A stretch of 31,067 nt of DNA from a virus. Both the position numbers and the translations under genes were made by a program. The number at the start of each line of letters is the position of its first letter. Position 1 is the stretch's first letter. The notes below the pieces were generated by a model that saw nothing but the letters and a program-made list of their open reading frames with translations, was not told where the DNA came from and did not search any database. Positions 30,567 through 31,067 of the stretch are shown here, one piece after another. The DNA is taken from the IMG/VR virus record IMGVR_UViG_3300020153_000005, positions 1 to 31,067 of that record, one strand, 5' to 3'.

Positions 30567-31067
30567 TTATTCAAAATTATAATATCTTGGTTGAAGCCTT
30601 ACTTTAATTTCGCCTCTTTGTGTAAAATAATCTATAAATCTTTGCCTCCATTCTTCAGCTTTTTTATTCAAGTAAGCAATTTTATCGGTTAAGCCATTTA
30701 CAGCTGAATACTCCAAAGCGACTAAAAATGGAATAATTGGATGTAAAACCAAGGGAATACCAGGTTCTTTTGTGGTATCGGTTGAAACAAATTCTGAAAT
30801 ATCTCTTGAAACATAAATTCTAACTTTTGAAACTAAAGAGGTATCAGGTGCTGGTTTTAAAAATAAATCAAATCCCTCAATATAGTAATAAGCTGGAACT
30901 CCAGCTGTTTTATAAAATTCATCAACCGCCACGTCTTTTAAGTCCTCTAATTTGATTGGTGTTAATTCTTTCCAGTTTCCGTTTATATCCCGAACTTCAA
31001 CTCTTTCTACATCAAAAGCCGTAGACGGCAATTCATAACTACTTTGATTATTTACCAGTGTTCTTTC
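30567..31067 (-). CDS. C-terminal part of the 233-aa wrapped structural gene (see feature 1-328).
   Basis: The track ORF 30567..31031 begins at an internal TTG. The frame stays open to 31067 and continues via the terminal repeat to ATG 328. Confidence 0.55.
   Translation of the reverse strand, partial: ERTLVNNQSSYELPSTAFDVERVEVRDINGNWKELTPIKLEDLKDVAVDEFYKTAGVPAYYYIEGFDLFLKPAPDTSLVSKVRIYVSRDISEFVSTDTTKEPGIPLVLHPIIPFLVALEYSAVNGLTDKIAYLNKKAEEWRQRFIDYFTQRGEIKVRLQPRYYNFE
30941..31067. repeat. Terminal direct repeat, copy 2.
   Basis: Identical to bases 1-127. Confidence 0.95.

Noticed and set aside
386-31067. Numerous 60-140-aa plus-strand ORFs inside minus-strand genes, for example 386-628, 2294-2524, 3457-3690, 5985-6224, 6599-6903, 7183-7413, 9740-10003, 22443-22682, 24370-25191 and 29968-30390.
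   Set aside because: They are Phe/Leu/Ile/Ser-rich translations of the antisense strand of A-rich genes. They lack SD sequences and overlap longer ORFs that have recognisable domains. They are treated as spurious.

Overview
The window is a complete AT-rich tailed-phage genome with podovirus-like gene order. Bases 1-127 are repeated exactly at 30941-31067, so the unique length is 30,940 bp and one gene wraps across the junction. The standard genetic code fits, since TAA, TAG and TGA all terminate ORFs. Almost everything is on the minus strand.

Minus-strand modules, in transcription order:
- Replication and early module (about 14130 down to 8643): a winged-helix replication-initiator-like gene with internal iterons, a small HTH regulator, a NinG/Rap-like nuclease, a 21-bp/heptapeptide tandem-repeat protein, and many zinc-ribbon or membrane mini-proteins.
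- Packaging and head module (8325 down to 2386): TerS(DUF5681)-TerL-portal-scaffold-HK97-type major capsid protein.
- A glycosyltransferase plus SAM-methyltransferase pair directly after the capsid gene (2024 down to 401).
- Tail and fibre module, wrapping through the junction (328/31067 down to 19455): two collagen-like fibres, and a DUF2341/LamG fibre interrupted by a full-length LAGLIDADG intein.
- Lysis genes (19314 down to 17992), followed by a metallophosphoesterase.

A single plus-strand island (14419-17146) encodes a second metallophosphoesterase, an HNH nuclease, a signal-anchored trypsin-like protease and a lytic transglycosylase.

Most notable observations:
- The intein inside a receptor-binding-type structural protein.
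- A lambda-like candidate origin made of three palindromic iterons inside the initiator gene.
- A consensus promoter followed by a terminator/antiterminator leader upstream of that gene.
- A 20-bp inverted repeat carrying perfect DnaA-box sequences at two outward-facing promoters.
- A strand-specific, strongly over-represented octamer AAAGGTCG placed 16-21 nt upstream of nine start codons.
- A thrice-repeated 20-bp palindrome.
- The capsid-adjacent glycosylation cassette.

All functional calls come from motif recognition by eye and from synteny. No database search was run.
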